From positions 81,711-145,710 of IMG/VR virus record IMGVR_UViG_2919361683_000002: a DNA stretch of 64,000 nt, one strand, 5' to 3'. The position numbers and the translations under genes are program-made. The notes under the pieces are model-generated. The model had not been told where the DNA came from and ran no database searches. It saw only the letters and a program-made list of their open reading frames with translations. The DNA comes from a virus. Below, piece by piece: positions 41,016 through 50,872 of the stretch (position 1 is its first letter; each line of letters begins with the position of its first letter).

Positions 41016-44000
41016 ATGAACAGGGATATATTTAGAATTCATATGGATTATCGTAATCTTGAAAATGATTTATATTTTAAACTTGAGAAAGAAATTGGTG
41101 CAGAGAAAGCAGATGAACTTTTGGATGCATTCATGGAATATAGGGAACAATATTTGAAAATCGGTAAATACTTAGATGAAAATAAGTATATCGGAAAAAT
41201 GGGATATTTATCAAGTCAGTTTGAGGATTTTGAGAGATATCTTAGAGTAGAAGTTATCTACAATTATGAAGACGGGTTTTCATTATGCGAAACTACGACA
41301 GGATTAATTAAACTGGTACCGACTGAATTAATTAGTTTTGAAACAGAATAAAACGAATCTTTTATTGAGATTGGAGGCATAGAGAGTTGATTAGATTTAT
41401 ACTTACAAGCAAAAAAGATAAATATGACAATGCAGAAATTATTACTGATATTGATAAACCAACTATTAAATTCGAGTTCACAAAATGGCTAGAAAACCAT
41501 GTAGAAGAGGGTTCGTTTTCTGATTATCTGCGAAATAAATTCCCGACAAAAACAATTATTGATTTAGATGATATTGAGGATAGTAGCTTTGAGGCATAAG
41601 GTTATGAAATGTGAGTTTGATTGAGAAGGGACTGAATATTGAATGTGGAAAAAATATCTTAAAGATGAAAATGGCGACTATGGTTTTGTGAAGTTGATTT
41701 CTGATGATTACACGACATGGAGAGAAAATGCAGAGGTAATCCTAGTAGATCATTTTCCTAAGGTAAAGGATGGCGAAACAAAAGTTTTACTCTCAAGACG
41801 AACAATAAGATTTACGCAGTTTTTTGGAAGTGGGGATATAGAGGAAGAGTTTGAAGAATTAAAGACAGAGTATGTATTGCATTATGGGAAAGAACCGACT
41901 GATGTGACCGATATGGCCTTTTTTTGTGCAGATGGTTGGTCTAGATGGAGCGCTGATGAGCGTATTGAGAATCCATCAGAAGAAGCCATAAAAGAATATT
42001 TGAAGAAACATGGTGTTTTAGATAACTATAAGTAAAATATGACTTTTATATTAAAAAAATCATACGAATTATTTTTGGTGGGAGATAGATGATGAAAAAG
42101 CTAATGTCTGATCAAGTCTTTTTGCCTCTAAAGATGTGTATTATAGCTTTAATATTATTTAGGGCATATTACTATTTCAAAGGCTATGATTTTGCCTACT
42201 TCAATGCTATAGCTTACATATTTGCTGGGTTCATACTTTACTCATTACTTCGAGTGATTGCCAACTTTTTATCGTTTAATCCTGATAAAATCAACTCAGA
42301 TCCCTATTTTATGAGTAGCGCAATTGACAAAAGAATAAAAAATGAATTATCACAATATCATTTACTAGAGAATAGAATTGGAGTCTTTACTCAGAGTGTA
42401 AAGTATGATCCAAATAGTGGAGTCCAGTTGTATTATAATGAGATCGAACATCCTGAGAAGCTGTTCTCTAAATTAGAGGCATACGAAGAAGTTCTTAGAG
42501 CAACCGGGACATACTCTGCTGAATTAATTATTGGTAAGATAAGACTTTATAAAGAGCAACTTGATGTAATGATTAAGTAAAACAAATATTTTACGAAAAA
42601 TAAGAGAAGGGGAATTCAGATATGAAACTATATGAGGAAATACTCAACTCAGACACAAAACTTGTTGAAGCTCTCAAGTATGCTGCTGAAACAGAAGGTG
42701 TTCTCAAATTTGTTAGTTACGAACGTATAAATGAATACAGACAATTAAGTAGATTGGGTTGCATTGATTTAGAACAAAAAGGACTTAGTGGTGGGGTAGT
42801 TTATTTAACCCAAGAAGGCAGGGATTATTTAGATCAAAACACCTGATGTCTTCAATGAAATAAATCGTACATTTTACGAGAAGAAAAGAGGTTGGCTAGA
42901 TGAAATATAAAAAGGCAACAAAGAGTTTTATCAAAACTCGGTATTACTATGAGGTAATAATAAATATCCATGTTGAAAACAGCGATAAAGAAGAAAATAT
43001 TACTCGTGATCTAATCATTACTTCAGAAGAAAAAATGACAATTGATGATTTACTTCAAGAAGCAGCTAACTCCATTAATGATATGGTTGAAGAAAAAAGG
43101 GATTTCTATCAGTATAATCTAGTGCAAGTTACTGGGTTGACCGTAGTAGGAGCATATGACCGAAAATTGTAACACAATAAAATTTTCCTTTACATAGAAT
43201 ACAGAAAGGAGCAACAATGAAAAATTTACAGGAGAGTGCTTTTGCATTATTCTTGCTGTCCAACTGTGCCTTTGGTGATCGGTTGGCGTTGAAAGCAGAC
43301 GAATATGGAACAGACTTAACTCCAATATCCAGAGGAATGTGCAGAGTAGTTAAGGAAGTGTATGACACCGATTTTTCTGTTTTCTCTAACCTTGGTACAT
43401 ACAATTTTATTAGAAAGCAGACTCAAAGTAGTAAATTATTTAAGCAACTAGAACCCTTTCTTAGTTGTTATTACATTCGCAAAAACAAAACTAGAGTGAT
43501 TTATATTGATTTCTCTCACGACGACAAAATCAAGATTCATAGTTTGTTAAGAAGAATTGCTGCATACTCTGAGTTAGAATTAGACGAGCTTAAATCAAGT
43601 TATAAGAAGTATCTCATCAAACATATGGCAATCAATGAACTTCAAGCCCATGAACAGTTAATGTTTTTTGATAGGGTTAATTACAGAGACTATTTAATGC
43701 CACAATTTGAATGTTTGTAAAATCTTTCTTTTACTAAGAATGGAGGCTTAGGTATGCAGAACGAGAACAAGCATATGGTTGAAGAGTGCTATGATGCTTT
43801 AGAATGGGTCATAATTCAATTTAAAAAAGTTCTATCTGGAGAAGTCGCAGGGAATGTACAAGAAAGCCTATCCTATGCTGAATCAATCCTTAGAAACAGA
43901 TAAAAGTTTACTTTTACCACAAGAGAGGAGAGACATGCAACAATATCATCTATTCAAAAAACTCAAGTCAGAAACATGGTGTTGGTATAACGAGAAGGAT

Positions 44001-44913
44001 AATGAACTTTGGGATTTGATCGGAAAGGAGTTTGACAACGAACGTTGGAAATCTATCATGCAGTTGTTAGTTAATCAAAACATGTCAAAGAAAAATAAGG
44101 ATATGATAACTAAGAACTCATATAGGCTGGCTGTAAAAATTAAGGAGGAAACTGGGATAGAAGTCTTTCCCGTAATCATTCAAATCAATTATGGAGCAAC
44201 ATCAAAGATGGAAAGGTATGGATGGAAAATGTATTCCTTAGCTGAAGATCAGTTAAGATACGTGTACTCCAATTGGTCACCAAAGGATTTGTTACCAAGG
44301 AAATATGAAATTGAAGATGAAGTAATTGGTGTACTAGATGTTGAACTGAACAGAAAATTGAAATAATAACTTGCTTTGATTCAATTGCGCTAAGCAATAA
44401 TGCAATGTTTATACGACAACAAGGAGACTACATCGATGAGTGAACAAGAATATAAGTTTAAGCTACTTACCAGCAATCAATACAGTGAATTTTATTTTTA
44501 TGCCTCTATCAATGAGCTAGAAGAGTATTTAAATGAAACGTTGGCAATAACTCCAGAACAGTTTTTAGAGTGTTACACAGTGGCGCAGTCACGACAGTTT
44601 TTTGAGTGGATTAAAGCGAAATCTAATCAAAAAACTCAGAATGAACAAAAGGAATCAAATGAAGAATTAAAAGAAGCAGAAGAACAAGAATAGTAAAAGG
44701 TTGATTCTACTACGAGAAGGAGGTGATAATTTGAGTCTATATGAAAATCTGTCGGAACTTTACCATCAATTAGGTTGGAAGTACGAGGAACTACATATCG
44801 CAGTAGAAGATGATAATAAAAATGAAATATTGCGACTTAATGATGAAATTAATTCATTAATGCAACAAAGTGAAGAATTATATATTGAAAAAATACATAC
44901 AAAATTACCGTGA
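41016..44913 (+). other. Array of hypothetical genes (41016, 41387, 41643, 42089, 42622, 42900, 43217, 43754-43903, 43935-44366, 44400, 44731)
   Basis: Nearly every gene is bounded by TAAAA-N6-TTTTA or a variant. Confidence 0.7.
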
Positions 44914-45025
44914 AAATGTAGATTGGATATAGAAGCAGTAATTAAATAATATTAAATATACAAAAATAATGAAATATGTTATTATTAATATGCGAGATAA
45001 TTCAAATACATAGAGGAGATATTGA

Positions 45026-46240
45026 ATGAAACATACTTTTGAAAAGAATAAGTTGTACGATATCTTAGGAAGTCATCTTGTAAATACTCTAAAGGAACAT
45101 GAGGTGTTTGTTGCAGGAGGAACTATAACAAGTTTGTTTAGTGGAAATCCGATCAACGATATCGATTTATATTTCCGTAGTGAAGCCTCGTTGGTTGAAT
45201 TAGTTGAAAGGATTTATGAAGACAGTGGTGATTGGGTTCATGCGTTGACCAAAAAGGCGTTATTGGTAAAAGTTGACGATAAAGAAGTTCAATTGATTCA
45301 TTTTAAGTACTTTGAGAATGCCGAACAGATATTTGATAGCTTTGACTTTACGATCTGCATGGGAGCATTTGATTTTAAAACAGAAGAATTTGTCCTACAT
45401 AATGATTTCCTAAAGCATAATGCACAGAGACAGCTTAGATTTAATAAAGATACAGCCTTCCCAATTGTATCACTGTTGAGAGTTCAAAAATATAAAGACA
45501 AAGGATATTACATTTCGAAACCTGAATTCTTACGAATAGCTTTACGCTGTATGGACTTAACAATTGACAGCATCGAGAAACTAAAAGAGCATTTAGGTGG
45601 AATGTACGGGATTAATTATGATAAGCTGATTAGTTTGGATGAAGGAGAAGAGTTCAGTCTTTCTAATGTGATTGATAAAATTGCGGACTTGTCGCTAAGT
45701 GAAGATTATTTCAAAAAACCTGAAGGAGTCAGCTTTGATAGCGTAGATGATATTCTAGAATTACTGGAAAAAGGTATCCCTAAAGTTACAGAAATCAAAG
45801 GTAATAAATACAGACTTTCAAGCAAAGGTGCACTTAAAGATTTTAATAGAGATACAGAGGAAATCGAAGAGTTTGATGGTAAACAATACATAGAATCTCG
45901 TAAGTTTTATAAGTTTGTTGATAAACGTGATGGTCGTTATTTTAGTCACTGGGACAAGAATTATGAATATAAAATTGCGCAAATGGCCATTCCAGAAAAT
46001 GAATACCTGTATTTCAATGAGCGCGCAGAGATAGAAGAATCCAATTACGCATATCAAGGCGTTTTAATTGAAGTCATTATTCCTTATGAAGGCTTTAGCC
46101 ACAAAGATGATCATAAGATTTTTGCTAAGAAGTGTTTTGTAGTACGTGAAGTACCAAAAGAAGAATATGAGGCATGGATAGATAACAAAGATCCTTTAAC
46201 AAAATACATAGCGGAGGAAAATAAACGGTGTATGAAGTAA
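45026..46240 (+). CDS. Nucleotidyltransferase (poly(A) polymerase/CCA-adding head-like) protein
   Basis: FVAGGTITSLF...INDIDLYF...VQLI...IFDSFDFTICM. Confidence 0.7.
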   Translation: MKHTFEKNKLYDILGSHLVNTLKEHEVFVAGGTITSLFSGNPINDIDLYFRSEASLVELVERIYEDSGDWVHALTKKALLVKVDDKEVQLIHFKYFENAEQIFDSFDFTICMGAFDFKTEEFVLHNDFLKHNAQRQLRFNKDTAFPIVSLLRVQKYKDKGYYISKPEFLRIALRCMDLTIDSIEKLKEHLGGMYGINYDKLISLDEGEEFSLSNVIDKIADLSLSEDYFKKPEGVSFDSVDDILELLEKGIPKVTEIKGNKYRLSSKGALKDFNRDTEEIEEFDGKQYIESRKFYKFVDKRDGRYFSHWDKNYEYKIAQMAIPENEYLYFNERAEIEESNYAYQGVLIEVIIPYEGFSHKDDHKIFAKKCFVVREVPKEEYEAWIDNKDPLTKYIAEENKRCMK

Positions 46241-46407
46241 CTAAGGGAGCTAAATACAAGCATTATAAAGGAAATTACTACACAATTGTCAGTATGGCTA
46301 CACACACTGAAACAGTGGATGGTTTGGTGATTTACAAGGATAAAAATAATAACATTTGGGCTAGACCAGTAGATATGTTCTTTGGATATACAGATGATGG
46401 CATTTGA
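46228..46407 (+). CDS. DUF1653-like protein, possibly C-terminally truncated (not in the ORF track)
   Basis: GTG start with RBS GGAGG; YKHYKGNYY.IV.MA.HTET...VIY...WARPVDMF. Confidence 0.7.
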   Translation: MYEVTKGAKYKHYKGNYYTIVSMATHTETVDGLVIYKDKNNNIWARPVDMFFGYTDDGI

Positions 46408-46675
46408 GCTAATTGAGGAGGAGATTGAATGACAGCAGGATATACTCTAAGTCTAGAAGAGGTCAGGAAGATCATTGTAAAGCACCTCAATGAAACGGGT
46501 GTCTATATTCCAATGGATGATTCATTCATTATGGTATTGGATGAACACGATCAATTAATCGACAACGCAAATGTTTTACAAGTGTACCATGAGATTGAAT
46601 AAAATCTTCATTTTAAACGATATACATAACTTACCGCAGAAATAGTATATACTAATTTGATATACTGTTAAATGG

Positions 46676-47512
46676 GTGATGAATATGTTTGTATCTCCAA
46701 TGCTTCTGCATAAGGCAGATAACAATGAGCCATTTAACAGTAATTTGCATTTAACAGAGTTAAAGCTTGATGGGATAAGACTTCTTGTAGATACACGAGA
46801 TGGAGTAAGGCTATATACACGACATAAGAACGAAGTAACTGGCAAGTTCCCTGAGCTTATTGATAATATTCCAATTGAAAATGGAACAACTCTAGATGGG
46901 GAACTAATTGTTACTGACTCAGAAGGAAAACCAAATTTTGAATCAGTTATGGAAAGGTTTAAATCAAGAAAAAGTAAACACAAAGTAGCTTTTTGTGCAT
47001 TCGATATCATTAATTATAATGGAAAAAGTGTTACCCACTTGCCGTTAATTGAGCGCAAAGAGATACTGGAGTCAGCATTTAAGGATAATGATTATTACAA
47101 AAAGACAAAGTTTATCTTAGGTCATGGAGTTGAGTACTTCAATCTTACTAAGCAACAAAAGCTTGAAGGAACTGTTCAGAAAGAAATAAATTCGAAATAT
47201 GAGATTGACAAAAGATCAGACAAGTGGCTTAAAGTAATTGCCTATGATGTTGGTGAGTACTACATTGCTGGCTATAAAAAAGATGAATTTGGTTGGCTAC
47301 TATCTGATGGTGAACGAATAGTAGGTGTCTTAACTTTAGCAGTAGGCTCAAATGAGAGAAAAGCAGGGTACAAGGTATTCCAGCAGCTTAAAGTAAAGGA
47401 AACAGAAAGTACAGTCTACATTAAAGAAGTTATTAAGTGCGTAGTTAAACATAGAGGATTTACGAAAAACAATTTGTTGAGATTGCCTGAGTTTGAATGT
47501 TTTAAATTCTAA
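46676..47512 (+). CDS. ATP-dependent DNA ligase
   Basis: Motif I ELKLDGIR; LDGELI; AFDII; EGTVQK...KRS.KWLKV. Confidence 0.9.
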   Translation: MMNMFVSPMLLHKADNNEPFNSNLHLTELKLDGIRLLVDTRDGVRLYTRHKNEVTGKFPELIDNIPIENGTTLDGELIVTDSEGKPNFESVMERFKSRKSKHKVAFCAFDIINYNGKSVTHLPLIERKEILESAFKDNDYYKKTKFILGHGVEYFNLTKQQKLEGTVQKEINSKYEIDKRSDKWLKVIAYDVGEYYIAGYKKDEFGWLLSDGERIVGVLTLAVGSNERKAGYKVFQQLKVKETESTVYIKEVIKCVVKHRGFTKNNLLRLPEFECFKF

Positions 47513-47517
47513 AGGGG

Positions 47518-48099
47518 GTGATTAAACTGGCAAGACCAGTTAAGTGTCCGATTTGTAGTCAGTATGGACTTAGAGAAGATATGATTTTAGAAAACAGGAG
47601 ATATTACCACAAAGAATACTGCTTTGATAGGTTTAAGAAAGAGCAAGAGGCAACTAGAATTGAAAACGAACAATGGGATGATCTATATCAATACATAATA
47701 AAGTTTCACGATTTAGTTACACTATCAGTAGCAAATATAACAAGACTGAAGCATCTTCGAGCTGGCTTTGAGTATAAAAAAGGCAAGAAAATTCCAAAGT
47801 GGAGAACGGGGCCTGACTATGCTCTAATGCTTGAAGCTTATAGGCTATCTGAGAAAAATAACTTACATGCAATGTCTACAAAGATTGGAGATTGGAACGA
47901 TGTTAATCAGGTCAACTATACAATCTCTACTATGATGGGGCATTTAAATGATGCTTGGAGAATAAGACAGAATAAAAAGAAACAATTAGAAGTGGCAAAG
48001 AGAGTTGAAAAACAAGAGTCAAAAAGAGACCAATCTCTTACAAACAAAAATACATATAGCAATAAACGGGATGATTTAGACATTTCTGATTTTGTGTAA
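47518..48099 (+). CDS. YorH-like helicase-associated protein with a Zn finger
   Basis: CPIC...YHKEYC; coupled to the helicase as in SPbeta. Confidence 0.55.
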   Translation: MIKLARPVKCPICSQYGLREDMILENRRYYHKEYCFDRFKKEQEATRIENEQWDDLYQYIIKFHDLVTLSVANITRLKHLRAGFEYKKGKKIPKWRTGPDYALMLEAYRLSEKNNLHAMSTKIGDWNDVNQVNYTISTMMGHLNDAWRIRQNKKKQLEVAKRVEKQESKRDQSLTNKNTYSNKRDDLDISDFV

Positions 48100-49609
48100 T
48101 TCGTTAGGAGTGGTAACAATAGAATATATCAAAGAATTTGTAGATCCATCAAAAGTTCATGAGTCTATATTTATCGGTTATTTATGGAATACGCCCACCT
48201 TATACGGTAAATATAAAACCCATAAAATCAGTAAAGAAACTTTTACAGAAGGAATATGGTGGTACTACTTTTATATTGGAAAAGAGATGTATGAAAGTGG
48301 CATTCGATTATTTGATGATGTAACCACTTACTCATTTATTACATCTAAACCTTCTGAAAACGGCAAGAAGTCATACTTTGATTATTATAATGATTATGGC
48401 GGCTTCTCAACAATTGATGAAGTCGTATCTGAGTGTGACGGAGACAAAGGAAATGATGAATATCATTTTAGCGAAGTACAAAAATATGAGTCACTTCGTA
48501 ATCTTCAAAAGCAAGGATTGTTGGATATAAGTAATACAAATCTGGTTTCAAAATTGGCTAATATGTCACTTAAACAGATGCAAAGCTTCTTTCAATTTAA
48601 ACATAAAGAATCCTTTTCTCACGTAAATAGTGGAGAAGTAATTGAATACAATCTTATAGATAACCTAGATGAAACCATTGATCAATTGGAGGCAGGTGAA
48701 GATGCAGGAATACCGCTATTCGAGTCTCCTAGGCTAAATAAGAAGATCAATGGTCAGAAGCTTGGGAACTTAATGTATCTCGTCCTTCCTTCAGGTGTGG
48801 GGAAATCGAGCATATTAACTGAGAAAGGTGTTTTGGGGTTACTTGAGAGCGGAGAAAAAGGAATTATCTTTGCAAATGAAGAAGGGATAAAAAGATGGAG
48901 AACAAGACTTCTAGTGACCGTTGCCGCAAGAATTTTGAAAAAGCCAGTGGCACGAGATACGGTTAACAGGGGTGGATTTAGTGCAGAGATTAAACAGACA
49001 CTTAAGGAAGCTGCCGAATGGTTGCAGACACACCGTCCAGACTTTATTAAGTTTGTACAACTTAAAAAGTATCGGATTGAAGATGTCATTAATAGGATTG
49101 AACTTTATAGACCGTTAGGTTATAAGCATATTTATTTCGATACATTTAAACCTGACTTATCACAGAACGTAGAACGATGGCTTGCTTTCTCCAACTCAGC
49201 TCAAGAACTGTATGACTGTATCAAAGAAGAGTCTAATAATTGCGCCACAATAGCAACAGTTCAACTTAAAATTGGTAAAGAGTTTAGATACATAGATTTA
49301 GATTGTATTGGTAAATCACCAGAGATTGTAGAAGTAGCAGCCGTTGTAATGGCTGGCAGATTGATTTTTGCAGACGAATATCCCGGTGGAAAAAACGAAT
49401 TAGATCCATATAACTGGGAGAAGGATAGTGGTTTTGGTGGATGGCACAAGAAACCGTATAAATTAGACCCGGGGAAAAAATATCTCATTCTGTTCCTACC
49501 TAAAAACCGTGAAGGATCTGAGGATGAGCAAATAGTGTTTGAAGTGAATTATGATTTTAATATTTGGAAAGAGGTAGCATTAGTAGTCGTACCTAATAAT
49601 GGACGTTAA
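48092..49609 (+). CDS. DnaB-like replicative helicase (YorI-like)
   Basis: Walker A LPSGVGKSS; YFDTFK; ATVQL; KNREG. Confidence 0.88.
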   Translation: MCNSLGVVTIEYIKEFVDPSKVHESIFIGYLWNTPTLYGKYKTHKISKETFTEGIWWYYFYIGKEMYESGIRLFDDVTTYSFITSKPSENGKKSYFDYYNDYGGFSTIDEVVSECDGDKGNDEYHFSEVQKYESLRNLQKQGLLDISNTNLVSKLANMSLKQMQSFFQFKHKESFSHVNSGEVIEYNLIDNLDETIDQLEAGEDAGIPLFESPRLNKKINGQKLGNLMYLVLPSGVGKSSILTEKGVLGLLESGEKGIIFANEEGIKRWRTRLLVTVAARILKKPVARDTVNRGGFSAEIKQTLKEAAEWLQTHRPDFIKFVQLKKYRIEDVINRIELYRPLGYKHIYFDTFKPDLSQNVERWLAFSNSAQELYDCIKEESNNCATIATVQLKIGKEFRYIDLDCIGKSPEIVEVAAVVMAGRLIFADEYPGGKNELDPYNWEKDSGFGGWHKKPYKLDPGKKYLILFLPKNREGSEDEQIVFEVNYDFNIWKEVALVVVPNNGR

Positions 49610-49628
49610 ACTCCTTTGGAGGAGCAGC

Positions 49629-50702
49629 ATGAGCAATGATCTGAAGTTAATAAAGGAAAGAATCATAGAGGAATCAAGGGTTGGAGAACTTTTAGAAGCA
49701 ATGGGTTGCGAATATGTAGAAAAAAAGAATAATCGCTACGAGGCGCAACTCCCCCACAAATTTGAATCGCCAAATAAAAGATCAGTTCAAGTTTATTTAA
49801 ATGAAAGCCTATCAAGCAGAATTAGGACGCTTGGAGAGTCAGACATAGATATTTATGGATTAGTGTCTTATATTGTTTTTGATCAAATATCGGAAGATGA
49901 AAGACAAAGAGGACTACCTAAAGCTAAAAGATGGATATGTGAACAATTAGGTTATAAAGAATTTTTAGACAACAACTATATACCTCCACCTAGTTTAATC
50001 CAGCTTGATTGGCTCAAGGATGTTAGACGGAAACGTAAGAAAAAAAGAGAGTTAAATAACCTTGAAAACGACACTTATGCTGACGAAATATTGAATCAAT
50101 ATGTCATGTACCCTCATCAATTTTATCTAGATGAGGGGGTGTCATGCGAAATACAGCGAGAATTTCAAATAGGGTTTGATTTAAGAAGTCAGCGAATCAT
50201 TTTCCCCATACACAATCGCTTTGGGGATATAGTATCTATAAAAGGAAGAACCATATTTAGTGATTATGAAGAGAAAAATATATATAAGTTCTTGTATCTT
50301 ATCAACTTCAATAAGATGATTGAGCTTTATAATTGGCATCGAGCCTTGTATTACATATTAGAAAGAAAAGAGATATTGATATTTGAAGGTGAAAAAACTT
50401 GCTGGTTAATTAGTCAATACGGTCATCGAAACTGCGTTGCTATTAGTGGCGATGATCTAAGTGAATGGCAGGTTAAGATGATAAAAGAATTAGATCATGA
50501 TGTAGAGATAGTTATAGCGTTAGATAAAGACAAGCCAGTAGAAGCAGTAAAAAAACAAGCAGCTAAGTTCGGGAAAACTAGAAATGTGTATGCCTTATAT
50601 GACAATAGAAACTTGTTTAAAGATAAAGATAGTCCATGTGACAGAGGGGAAGAGGTATTCAATATTCTTTATACAGAGTGTAAATACAAAGTATCAGTCT
50701 GA
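49629..50702 (+). CDS. DNA primase (TOPRIM, YorJ-like)
   Basis: RIIFPIHN..G.IVSIKGR; IFEGEK; IALDKD; KDSP.D. Confidence 0.88.
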   Translation: MSNDLKLIKERIIEESRVGELLEAMGCEYVEKKNNRYEAQLPHKFESPNKRSVQVYLNESLSSRIRTLGESDIDIYGLVSYIVFDQISEDERQRGLPKAKRWICEQLGYKEFLDNNYIPPPSLIQLDWLKDVRRKRKKKRELNNLENDTYADEILNQYVMYPHQFYLDEGVSCEIQREFQIGFDLRSQRIIFPIHNRFGDIVSIKGRTIFSDYEEKNIYKFLYLINFNKMIELYNWHRALYYILERKEILIFEGEKTCWLISQYGHRNCVAISGDDLSEWQVKMIKELDHDVEIVIALDKDKPVEAVKKQAAKFGKTRNVYALYDNRNLFKDKDSPCDRGEEVFNILYTECKYKVSV

Positions 50703-50735
50703 GTAAAATATAGTTTTTACTCAGATTATTTTTTT
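50699..50735 (+). terminator. Terminator hairpin built around a TAAAA-N6-TTTTA copy
   Basis: CTGAGTAAAA-TATAGT-TTTTACTCAG followed by a T-rich tract. Confidence 0.65.
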
Positions 50736-50814
50736 GATGAAGCTTGTTTGAAAAGAAGACATAGCAGCTATCAGATTTACTAAAAGTAGAACTATAAAGT
50801 TATAAAATTAGCAG

Positions 50815-50843
50815 TTGACAACATTCCAACATACAAATATAAT
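50815..50843 (+). promoter_or_regulatory. Consensus sigma-A promoter
   Basis: TTGACA-17-TATAAT. Confidence 0.75.
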
Positions 50844-50872
50844 TAAATTATGAAACAGAGAGGTGTGGTTCC

